A stretch of DNA of 64,000 nucleotides from Schmidtea nova (taxonomy: Eukaryota), in assembly GCA_044892505.1 (NCBI GenBank), contig CM097882.1, positions 460,660,001 to 460,724,000 on the forward strand, in the 5' to 3' direction. A model generated the notes under the pieces. It was not told the DNA's origin, made no database searches, and saw only the letters and a list, made by a program, of their open reading frames with translations. Position numbers and translations under genes: made by a program. Positions 13,614 through 23,597 of this stretch are shown one piece after another (the first letter of the stretch is position 1; every line of letters begins with the position of its first letter).

Positions 13614-13844
13614 TTGCAACAAAAATTTACTACAGTTCAATGCTGTATTTCCTCCATTATGTCCATCATATACTCCGAAAAATGACCATTTATGAAAAGG
13701 GTATTCCATGTTCGTAATAGCAGAATGTGAATCCTCCATTTCTACACGCCATCCTTGCATAGAACTTAATCCAATTAGTAAGTTTTCGTTTTTATAGCCT
13801 ATTGTAGATTTTTCAACTTTTGGCTTAGCTAATAAAGCCCCCAT
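13614..13844 (-). CDS. PP2C-family phosphatase (PPM1A/B-like), coding exon 1
   Basis: Translation MGALLAKPK...GLSSMQGWRVEMEDSH...SFFGVYDGHNG matches the PPM1A/B N-terminus. A GT donor (GTAATA on the minus strand) follows ...FLLQ at 13613. The ORF-track extension into the N-gap is intronic. Confidence 0.9.
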
Positions 13845-16759
13845 TTTTTATCTAAATTTTTTACGTTAGATTATAAGTGTATATATATATATATATATAT
13901 ATATAATGATTTTATTAAAAATATTTCAACTAAAATTATCGTATTACAGTATAATACAAGAAATTTAGAAAAATTCAAATTCAAAAGGTATTCCTTATTG
14001 TATTTTAAGTTGTATCAATAACTAAATTATTTACAAATAATGAGTTCGAATCTCAACTAAAATAACTAAAGCAATTACTTATCCTAAGAATAATTTTTTT
14101 TTAAGTACACGAATTCTTGGCTGAAATTTTTCAAGTGTAAATAAACACTTCATAAATGCTGTGTCGAAAATTCATGTACATATAAAAAAATATTACATCT
14201 TGTCAAAAAAAAGATATTAATTTCTGAAAAAGATAAGACTAAAGGTGAAAAACACGAGATATTAATAAAATAATTAGAGTAACTAAATGTCGATACTTTG
14301 CATAATTGCATAAATAATTGCATAATTGCATAAATAATTGCATAATTGAAAATATTAAAAAAATTAAATATTTTTAAAATCTATTTTATCAAAGATTAAC
14401 GCTCAAAAAGTATAATTATTGAAATATCTATTTCGTATAATGTATTAAAAGTATTTGCGAATTTCAGCCTAGTGAATTAAAACACTTTATACATAATTCT
14501 TGAAGTTTAATGACAAATATTAGAATTAATAATTAAATTTTAAAAAATTACTTACTATAATTTAAAATCATTTTTATTGATAATTTTAAACAAACGTCAT
14601 AATTTCTAATTTCATTATTTTTTTAAATTAAATGTTAAACAATTTTTTATGTGTTTTTTTCAATAATTTAATTTTTAATTATTTAACAAATGACAAATGT
14701 ATTATGAATTTTTGCAAGAAATTAGACTTTTTTTTGCAATATTTTAATTTTACATTTGAGACAAGAAAATATTGATATTGGTGGGTTGTTGATCGTCAAT
14801 ATGACCTTGACGTTGCTATGGCTCGTATCAACAACTCAACATACAAAACATTGAAATAACCATATTGTTACCCGTCACTATGTAACGTTGGTACTGTAAC
14901 AAGTGGGTGGGTATTCGCAATCAGTGAGCGTCGTCAATACGAAACTATGATTGACCGAATATCTCCTGGGTCCAAGAGCTACCGATAGAAGGTTTAATGC
15001 ACATTTTGTCCTTCCTATGCATTATTTGACTGCAGATATATATTTTAAATTAACCAAAAATGAAGTAATTTCGTCAATTGAAATTTATTAATTTGTCCCA
15101 ATCAATCATTATGCACGGTATTATCTAAATTCTCGGGAACTTTTGCACATTTACTCTATTCGTAAGCTCGTACTCAAACATATCATCGCCAACTCAATTC
15201 GGGGATCAATTATTCCTTCAGAAAATGCATATATATTTGGGAATATACAAATTTACCCTTATTTAGACCCAAGATTTTATTATTCTTGCGATTTTCTTAA
15301 ATTATTATGTCTTTTATATTTAAAATTCAAGTAAACTTTATTTATATCTTAATCCTATTGTCTATCTTGCTCTAAATTTATGATAGAATATTTATTAAAA
15401 TTTCAACATTTTAATTTTGAAATTTTGCCGAGGCCTTGGTAACGAAATTGATTTAGTAAAACTTCTCTAATTTGGTTTTAAGTCAAAATATTATAAAATT
15501 TCTCCTGAAATATCTTAATTAGTTTATAAAAATTATTGATCTTAAATGCAAAATTTTTAAACTGATTCTATTTATATAAATTCCTAGTATTTAGTCTTTT
15601 TTCTTTTCTCTTTTATTTTGTTTAAAAGAAAACATTAATCAACCTGATTGGTTGATTTCTTATATTATGGAATGACTTCATATAATAAGGATATTGATCG
15701 ATTATTTTCAAAAAAAGAAAAATTTGAATTTCTTTAATTTACATGTTCAAGTAAGAATTTTATTTCATTAATAATTTTCGTGAGTTACCGTTGTATTTTT
15801 AGGAAAAATCTAGCCTTTGGAATCAGTCCTTCTACCAACCTTTACATAACTGGAATTATTTATTTGCCAAACCTTGGAATTTTATATTTGATATTTTCGA
15901 TTGTTTCTTCTCTCTAATGGACTGCCAAATAAATTTTCAGTGTTACATTTTCCTCTTTTATTTTAGTGATTAAAGAATACGTGTCACCGATTCGTTTTTC
16001 AGATTTTAAGGCATTTTCATTATACATTAGGCGTTTCCCTCAATATGGGTTAAATTTTATGAATAATCTAATTAAAAAAAATATCGATTATCCATAATTT
16101 AAGAATCTAACGTGAAATTTGACTCATGAAGGGCTTTACGATATAGGCACCAAAGTGACAAACTGAGTTTTCATGAACAAGGTTTACAGTAATGTAGAAA
16201 ACTAGGAACAATGTGTTGCTAAATTTCTTTTAAAATTTTACTTGACGTTTAAATATTTCGGGTATCTCAGATATCAATTTTTTGCAATTTGTACTGTTAA
16301 AGTTGTCCGGTGATGTAAATTGATGATTGCATGAGATGGTTGGGAGTTATTCAGGACGTTGAGAGTATTGTGTTGAATGAGATGAGTTTGTTGGGCCAGC
16401 CAAATCGAGCAGCATCTGAAAATAATACACAATCAATAAAATAAATTAAATACAGAATAACAACAAAATAAATTACCAACACCAAAGCGTAACAAAATAG
16501 GCGGCAACATCTAAAAGAAATAAAATATTTTTCAAAACAACAAAAATCTTCAAAACTCACTCATGCGAAGCAGATAAAATTGGAATATGACAGCGCGTGG
16601 GCGGATGTCACCGAAGACCTAAAGCAAAATCAAATAAAAATTAAATCATACAAAAAATAAACTTACCGCATGATTAACCAAACAAATCGGCAAGTTAAGT
16701 TAGGCAGCAAAAAGCCGACAACATGAAAAATGAAGCAAACATACACACATACTCGATGC

Positions 16760-16900
16760 TGATTGGCTAACCAACAACACCGGTTGAGTATAAATACTGA
16801 AGTCAAATCAGTATTTGACAATGTTATTTTTACCAAGTGTAACTTGCAGTTGAGCACTGAGAACATTGTAAATCCAACTTGAAGGAGAAATAAAAGGTAA
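16760..16900 (+). promoter_or_regulatory. Candidate LTR promoter (ATTGG box, TATAAATA, Inr-like TCAGTA) followed by AATAAA and a 5-prime splice donor
   Basis: GATTGG at about 16761, TATAAATA at 16789-16796, TCAGTA at 16808-16813, AATAAA at about 16889-16894, AG|GTAATT with GT at 16897. Other TATA-like sites exist at 17836 and about 19629, so U3/R/U5 limits are not established. Confidence 0.4.
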
Positions 16901-17900
16901 TTGTTGTGTGTTAGATTTTTACTTTAAACCCTCATAATTATAATGGTTAACCATATTAAAATCCATAAGGTTTCCGGAGGCCTAACAGCCTGACGGATTC
17001 TCTGGCCTCTCAGCGCAACACAATCTTTCGGTTGTGAGGTGCTGATGCGGCGGGACCATAGGTGTATTAAATATTTGGAAAGCGGAAGGGGTTAAATGCA
17101 CATAGGGTATCGAGTAAGACCTAATGAACATGAACGAAATCAAGGTGGAAATGATCTAATATAAACGTTATGCATCACGATGATAGGGTATCGAGTATAA
17201 ACTGGTAGTCGTAAACGAGCGTAAAGTGAAGCCCGTTTTGTAGGGAGGATATATATCGTGGCGAAGTCTAGGCGAGGGATAGACGTGTAGAAAATAAAAT
17301 TGGTGTAGATGAATTAGATGACGACAAGGGTAGGTATATGTCGACATTAGCGCGTACGAGTTCGGGCATAGTGAACCTAGTATCAAGGGTTAAGTCAGTT
17401 GTGTTTAGTCGCCAGGATAGATGATAAATAAACTACAGGCATTGAGAACCGATAAAATGATGAACCCCAGTGAGTAAGGACCCCAGGAACTTGCAAGAAT
17501 TACCCGACATGGTATGATCATTACTAGTTAAATGAGGAAGTAATCGAAAACGACTGATGAGATTGGATGTGATTAAATAGCATTATCGATAAATAAAAAC
17601 TGTTAAAGTTGAGTGATTGAACCTGATTGTTGAAAATTAAGTATAATAGTGATCTGATTTATAAATGCAACCAATCGTGCGTAGCGGAATCGTCGAAAAT
17701 AAAACGCGTAGCACATTAACTTCAAGCTACCATCTAACACGACCCACGTCAAGTCCACAATGATTCCGGCAACAATCTAGAAGGTACCCCTCGGACCTAC
17801 AGACCTTAAAAATTTAAGACGGGTGGGTTGACTAATATAAATAGGCCCGTTATACCATAGAATCCATAGTTAACAAACAACCATCTTCTTTAGAAATACT

Positions 17901-18536
17901 ATGGTGAAACTAGAGAATCTCCAAAGGAAGTCGATGATCGCGCACCCGATAAAGATAGAGGACACCATCCTTCGTAAGAAACGGCGCACCCGCTCCGTCA
18001 TCCGACCAAATACGAACCCAAACATCAGAGGAGAGAACGAAGCACCTCGAAAGGTTGCAGAAGTATCACGTCGCCACCTACGACGGTGGATGAGGGCGCA
18101 CATGAGCTCGGCAGCTAGTACCCCAGCTTGTGCGTTCGGACTACAGTTGCGGTGGGAAGGAGACACCGATTGGGTACCCTCCTCGGATCATAGCAAGCCG
18201 GAGAATCCCCGATGGTTCTATCAATTCTGCGATGAGTTACAGCAACCCCGCTGGCTGCTAAGCACCGGAATGATGTCCGGAAAAGAGCTACATCAACTCG
18301 GATACACGCTGCTAGACAGGCCTCGGTGTGGCGACACTGGGGAAGTCTTCGTTTATTCAAACGCGCCAGGAAGCGTGTCCTTGGACCAACACCCCGAGCC
18401 CAAAGACCATCGTCTCTGGGAGGTATTCATCTTTCGGGACAAGTTAAGTTGGAGCCCCGCCCCGGAGTTCTATTACGAAAGTGGAATCCGTCGTGATGAG
18501 AACACGGCCGACCAGGAATTGCGACCCTTCATCTAA
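17901..18536 (+). CDS. LTR-encoded ORF-A, 211 aa, unknown function
   Basis: Intact ATG-to-stop ORF, identical in the other LTR. CTTTAG acceptor-like site 7 nt before the ATG and AATAAA at about 18585. Confidence 0.65.
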   Translation: MVKLENLQRKSMIAHPIKIEDTILRKKRRTRSVIRPNTNPNIRGENEAPRKVAEVSRRHLRRWMRAHMSSAASTPACAFGLQLRWEGDTDWVPSSDHSKPENPRWFYQFCDELQQPRWLLSTGMMSGKELHQLGYTLLDRPRCGDTGEVFVYSNAPGSVSLDQHPEPKDHRLWEVFIFRDKLSWSPAPEFYYESGIRRDENTADQELRPFI

Positions 18537-18728
18537 ATCGCAAGGAAATCGATCACTCGAAGGAATATTTGATGTGTATTAAAAATAAATGTATTCATTT
18601 TTTGGGTTTTGTTATGTCTTTGAATGTATGGAGCGATCTGAGAGCGAAACACCTGTTTGATAATAAAGATAGTGACTGGGAGAACAGACAAACCATACAT
18701 AACCCGATTAATTGTACATTTTACAGAT

Positions 18729-19292
18729 ATGAGTGAACACCCAACTAGGAACTACAAACAAGAGGCTAAAGAGCACAAAGTACGATCGCAAGTCCTAGAA
18801 AACCGCTTGCGACAGCTAAACGAAGAGCACCAGCGGATTAAAGACACGTGGTTCAACCCAGAGAGGGTTAAAACCATCCTGCAAGCCAGATACAGGGCGG
18901 AACGAACAATCGACGAGCAAGCTAGGGAGGTAGCAGCACTAAAGATGGAGCTGTCGAATTACTTGAGGGCATCAACCCAGGAATTTATCAACGAGCAATT
19001 ACGCCCAGTGATCAGGGCTAGCACTTTTAACCGATGGGTGAACTCAATATCGATGACAACAAGTACCCAAACGGAAATAGAAACCATCCCAATCACAACT
19101 ACCCCAACATCCCCAATAATTCAGGAAGGCTCGAAACGAACAAAGAGACGGAATCGCTTGGGAGCGAAAAAGCGTAGGGAGAGACGCGCGTATGCAGATC
19201 GCGTAGGAATAGAGGTAGACTTGCTCAGTGGTCTATCTGAGCAAGAACTACTAAATGTAATCCGACCCTCTGTATTATTAAACTATAAATAA
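18729..19292 (+). CDS. LTR-encoded ORF-B, 187 aa from the first ATG; coiled coil plus basic NLS-like C-terminus
   Basis: TTTTACAG acceptor 2 nt before ATG 18729. A diverged homologue at 59490-59630 is 28/46 aa identical over the C-terminus. Confidence 0.75.
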   Translation: MSEHPTRNYKQEAKEHKVRSQVLENRLRQLNEEHQRIKDTWFNPERVKTILQARYRAERTIDEQAREVAALKMELSNYLRASTQEFINEQLRPVIRASTFNRWVNSISMTTSTQTEIETIPITTTPTSPIIQEGSKRTKRRNRLGAKKRRERRAYADRVGIEVDLLSGLSEQELLNVIRPSVLLNYK

Positions 19293-19682
19293 ATGTATAA
19301 AATGAATGACTTGACTCGTCTTGTCTGTGTGTAGAATGTCTGAAAATTGAATGGGACTAAAACCCGGATTCGTTTAAACTGCAGATATCTAAAAAGTAAA
19401 TTACCCTAGGACAATAGAAAGGAGCATAAGTGGGACCGAAAGAAAGCCACAGACACCTTCTAACGGTAGTGGTGGACCCGTGAATAAACAAGGGAATAGT
19501 AGCCGAAAGGTTGCTCACCTGCCTTGTCATTTCACAACGTTGACACAGCACCAACATGATGAGTAGTTAGGGATACATCATGGGTGTCAGCGGGGAAATG
19601 TTTTTATGTTGGCGAGATCACCCTAACATATAAAATCCTAAGGATCTCAGTTGTCAATCCAACCAACACACCAGCATAAATT

Positions 19683-19700
19683 TGGGGGCTCAGCCGGGAT
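19683..19700 (+). promoter_or_regulatory. Primer-binding site complementary to the tRNA-Pro 3-prime end
   Basis: TGGGGGCTCAGCCGGGAT, 6 nt after the LTR end. 16/18 identical to the canonical tRNA-Pro PBS TGGGGGCTCGTCCGGGAT. Confidence 0.88.
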
Positions 19701-20230
19701 TAAATCGATCTTTGTGGGAAAAAGTGAATTCGATATCTGCGGACAGTTTAGAGCGCCTGAACCGGGATGAATTGAATTTAGCGAGGAAAGTAAAGTAAAT
19801 AATAGAGGGTTTGAGGGTCCTGAAGCAAAAATGAATCGGGTTGAAAAATAATAAATAAAAGTATGAGTGTAAAATAATGGGATTGATGAACGTAATGAAA
19901 ATATGCATGAGAATGAAAGTATGAATGATAATGGAATGAAGGTATGAGGATGAATGAAGCATGATGACTAGTATGTGGAGTAACAGTATGAAAAGTGATG
20001 AAAAGTATGCATGACGTAAGGTAAAAGTATGCGGAAAAGTGTGCATGAAAATGGTATGAGTGTGAACAACTAGCAATGATCATGTCGGGGCGACATTCAA
20101 GAACACGGGGGGACATACACGTAGTGACGCGAAACAGAACAACAGAAAGCGAACAGTAGGACTACCATAGAATAAGAATAAGAAATAATAAATAAAAATC
20201 GACAAAAATTAATGAGAATTCATTCAGGGG

Positions 20231-20689
20231 ATGGAGAACAAAATAAAAGAAATGCAAACGTTTTTCGAGACAAATAACGAGACAATGGAGATAACAATGA
20301 GAAAGTTAAGACGACTCGAGGCAGGAGGATATCACAAACCGACAAACAGCACAGAAAAAGCGGAAATGATGATGAGCATAAGTAAGAATAAGATAACAGT
20401 GGATACAGCAACACGATATCAGTGGTATAGAGAAAGATTAAACAACCCTGAGATGAATATCGAGTGCCACAGGCTAGAACAACAAATTGCAACCAGACAC
20501 GATGAGTGGATAAGAATAACAACCGAACATACGAGACAATATCTGACGTGGTACATCTGTGAAATGAATAAGATACAGATAATGTTGTTGCCGTGTGGGC
20601 ATTTCCGATTCTGTAATGAGTGTAAAATAAATGAACGATGTCCTATGTGCAACCTTCCCGTATCCGAGAAAATAACAGTGTACTTGTAA
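20231..20689 (+). CDS. Small protein with a C-terminal IAP-type RING finger (no BIR), upstream of gag
   Basis: WYICEMNKIQIMLLPCGHFRFCNECKINERCPMCNLPVSEKITVYL matches the C-terminal RING pattern C..C......F.PCGH...C..C.....CP.C plus hydrophobic tail. The first Cys is replaced by Trp. Confidence 0.75.
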   Translation: MENKIKEMQTFFETNNETMEITMRKLRRLEAGGYHKPTNSTEKAEMMMSISKNKITVDTATRYQWYRERLNNPEMNIECHRLEQQIATRHDEWIRITTEHTRQYLTWYICEMNKIQIMLLPCGHFRFCNECKINERCPMCNLPVSEKITVYL

Positions 20690-21390
20690 TAGAAATAAAG
20701 TTTTGAACAAGTGCAGTTGTTATTGAAATTATGAGGGTTTAATAAGGATTTGGTAAAAATGACCTAAGTAATAATGAGCTACTCACGAGTAGTCCGATAA
20801 GCACCCATTGGGGGGAACCAACTGATCAACTCACCCGAGATGTGTAGAAAGGGATCCAATCGCGGATATTGGAAAGCTCTTGTGATGTGATTGATCACCA
20901 CATCGTGCATCAGTGAACCAATGCGATCTTTTTATATATTTTGGTTGGGGTGAAAGGTAGGGACAACTCAACGAGGTTTAGGCGCGCGCAGAAAAAACTA
21001 TAAAAATAGGATGTTAAAACTGATCAGTAAGGAGAGAGAGAAAGCAATGAAATGAGTAAGATGAATAGCGAAACGTGGTATATGATGAAAGGCACGTAAT
21101 CAGCTCGCATAAGGTAAAATCAAGTAGAAAGGTTGACGAATCGATAATAGAATAAAGGGGTATAACAGAGGAACCGAGTAAATGGAAAACTCGAGGTTAA
21201 AGGAAATCCTTGAAAGAAAGGAAATGATAAAAGGGGTCCTGGAGAGAAAGGATTTGCCCATAGTTCTTGAAAGATAGAACTTAACGAAACGCGACAATAG
21301 ATTCTCCGAAGAAGCATAAGTGACCACTGGGAGGAACATCCCGAAGCAACACATGCAACCACTGAGAGATGATATTTCGAGTTTTCGTTC

Positions 21391-21932
21391 GTGAGCATAG
21401 GTCTCATAGTGAGCATAGGTCTCGTCATAAACATAACATCATAGTGAGCATAGGTCTCGTCGTAAACATAACACCCTAGTGAGCGTAGGTCTCGTCATAA
21501 AACACAACACCATAGTGAGCATAGTTCTCGTCCGTAAATATAAATCTTGTAGTGAGCAGAGTTCTCATCAATAAACGTAAGTTCTAACAGCGAACATAGT
21601 CCTCATCAGTGAGCGTAGTTCTCATCAATAAACATAGTCATCGTAGTGAGCGTAGTTCTCATCAGGAAGCATAATTCCTGTAGTCACCATCAGTGAGCAT
21701 AGTTCTCATCGGGGAACATAATCCCCGGAGCAAAGAGTTTCCATCAGTAAGCAAAACCCTCATAACAACCATGTTTTGCCAGTGAGCATAGTTCTCGTCA
21801 GTGAGCATAGTTCTCGTCAGTGAGCATAGTTCTCGTCAGTGAGCATAGTTCTCGTCATTGAGCATAGTTCTCGTCATTGAGCATAGTTCTCGTTAGTGAG
21901 CATAGTTCTCAGCGGTGAGCATAGTTCTCGTT
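21391..21932 (+). repeat. Tandem array of a 19-bp unit AGTGAGCATAGTTCTCGTC in the 5-prime leader
   Basis: Eight near-perfect copies at 21781-21932, preceded by many progressively degenerate copies. Confidence 0.9.
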
Positions 21933-22258
21933 CGAAATGGAATATTGAGTAAAAGCCCACGAGAAAGACGACGAAGTGAGGCAGATGAGGACTAAATTAC
22001 GTATAAAACTATCCGGATAGTGAAGATCAATAAGCGATAATGGAGATGAATAAGTGATAATGAGGATAAATGATGAATAGTGAAAATGAATAGCGAATAA
22101 TGAGGAATAAGGGTTGAAAGAAACCGAATTAATAACGAGAGAGTTGAAGGTGCGCACCTGGGTATTGATAAATGCGAGTAAGCTGATTATGTGGCCTAAC
22201 GACGTCAAAGTATGCATACAAGGAGGAGTAGAAAAGTAAAGTGAGTAAGTGAAGGGTG

Positions 22259-22720
22259 CTGACTGGAAAACCCAGCAGACCATGAGATTCGATGGGAATA
22301 AAATGAAACCGGTTTGTTAAGACGGGTAAAGTGGTAAAGACGCTAGCTGGAAAACACAGCAGGTCAATGATAACGATCAGGAAAGATCGAGATAACAAAA
22401 GTGAGTAATAATAAAGTGATAAAATTGAGGACGCTGACTGGAAGACCCAGCAGGTCAAAAGTGATGATCATCGGAGTAAAGAGCAGGTAAAAGTCGACAG
22501 TAAAGAGATAAAGGGTGGATAATAAGAGCGCTGACTGGAAAAACCCAGCAGGCTAATGAAACGACAAGTGAGGTCGAGAATAATGAAGCAGAAGTAAAAG
22601 GTGAGATTAAAAGCGCTGACTGGAAAACCCAGCAGGCTAATGAAATAATGAGTGAAGTTGAGAGAAACAGAGTTCGAGATAAAAGGTGAGATTAAGGGCG
22701 CTGATTGGAAAGCCCAACAG
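22259..22720 (+). repeat. Six spaced copies of a bulged-A hairpin (CTG-A-CTGG-loop-CCAG-CAG)
   Basis: Copies start at 22259, 22343, 22434, 22531, 22616 and 22701 (period about 85-97 bp). Variant copies keep base pairing. Confidence 0.85.
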
Positions 22721-23597
22721 GCCAACGAGAGACGTCAGTTGACTCAAAGGTGAGTAGAGATGAGAATTGAAATGAAGTAGTAAACGCAGTGTGAATAGGA
22801 AATAAAGCGAATAGTTGAGAAACAGAGTAGTCGACAGAAAAGGGGAAATTTGAACTCAGAGCCAGAGAAGCCTGAGAAAAGTAAAGGGGATAATAAGAGC
22901 GCTGAGCGACAAAGTAATTGGAGAACTGGGGAAAAGTAATTGGTGTATTTGATAATGAATAGATAATTGATGCGACTGCATAGATAATTTAAATAGACTT
23001 AAAATCAAGGGAAATGGGAAAAATGGGGATCTTCATGAATTATGACTACACCCGTGAGAGGGACGAGAAACACGATAACGGGGACGTATCGTGTAAGTGA
23101 TTATTTGTTTTAAGGAAACAAATCAATCAAGCAATTCAAAGCAATCTAGCAGTCAGAGCAATCAAAGGAAACAAATCAAAGAAGAAGCAAAGCAAAAGCG
23201 GAGTAGAAAATCAGTTGAGAATATAAGAAGTTGAGGAATAGACAAAATTGAGGGACGAGAAACAAGATCAGGTATAATACCAATCTTAACGGAAGCAGAA
23301 AGAAAAGCAGCAAAAAGGACAAGAACAGGTAATAAGCCTAAGCAACAAAAGAACAAACAAGTAGAGATCAGCGACAATTCGAGTAATAAAGAGAATCAAG
23401 AAGAAACCCCAGAGGATCCAGAAGTACGAAACGAAGTAGAAACGATAGACAGTGAACCAGTCAGTGAAAACATAACGAGAAGCGAATCAAGAGATAACGA
23501 AACAGAGAGTAGTGAAGAAGAAGAGTCGAATTCAGAAACAAGTGGTGAACTAGAAGCAAAGAAAACTAGTACAGTATTCCAAGACAGTGGAATCGGG

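Larger units (their letters stand above)
16389..19676 (+). repeat. 5-prime LTR (3,288 bp)
   Basis: Begins TGTTGGGCC and ends CACACCAGCA. Matches 42498-45785 with about six substitutions spotted by eye. Confidence 0.96.

Noticed and set aside
18657-18728. TTG-initiated N-terminal extension of LTR ORF-B
   Set aside because: An acceptor-like TTTTACAG lies right before ATG 18729, so the ATG is the more plausible start.
16389-19676. The 3.3-kb duplication as an assembly artefact or segmental duplication
   Set aside because: TG..CA termini, matching TSD, an adjacent PBS and PPT-like site, and a few real substitutions all fit genuine LTRs.
20727-20742. Exact 16-bp inverted match to LTR 16924-16939
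   Set aside because: The flanks do not align, and one such AT-rich match is plausible by chance within 29 kb.
21391-22720. CRISPR-like repeat/spacer appearance of the two leader arrays
   Set aside because: Eukaryotic retroelement context, no cas genes, and the spacers are degenerate repeat copies or related to each other rather than unique.
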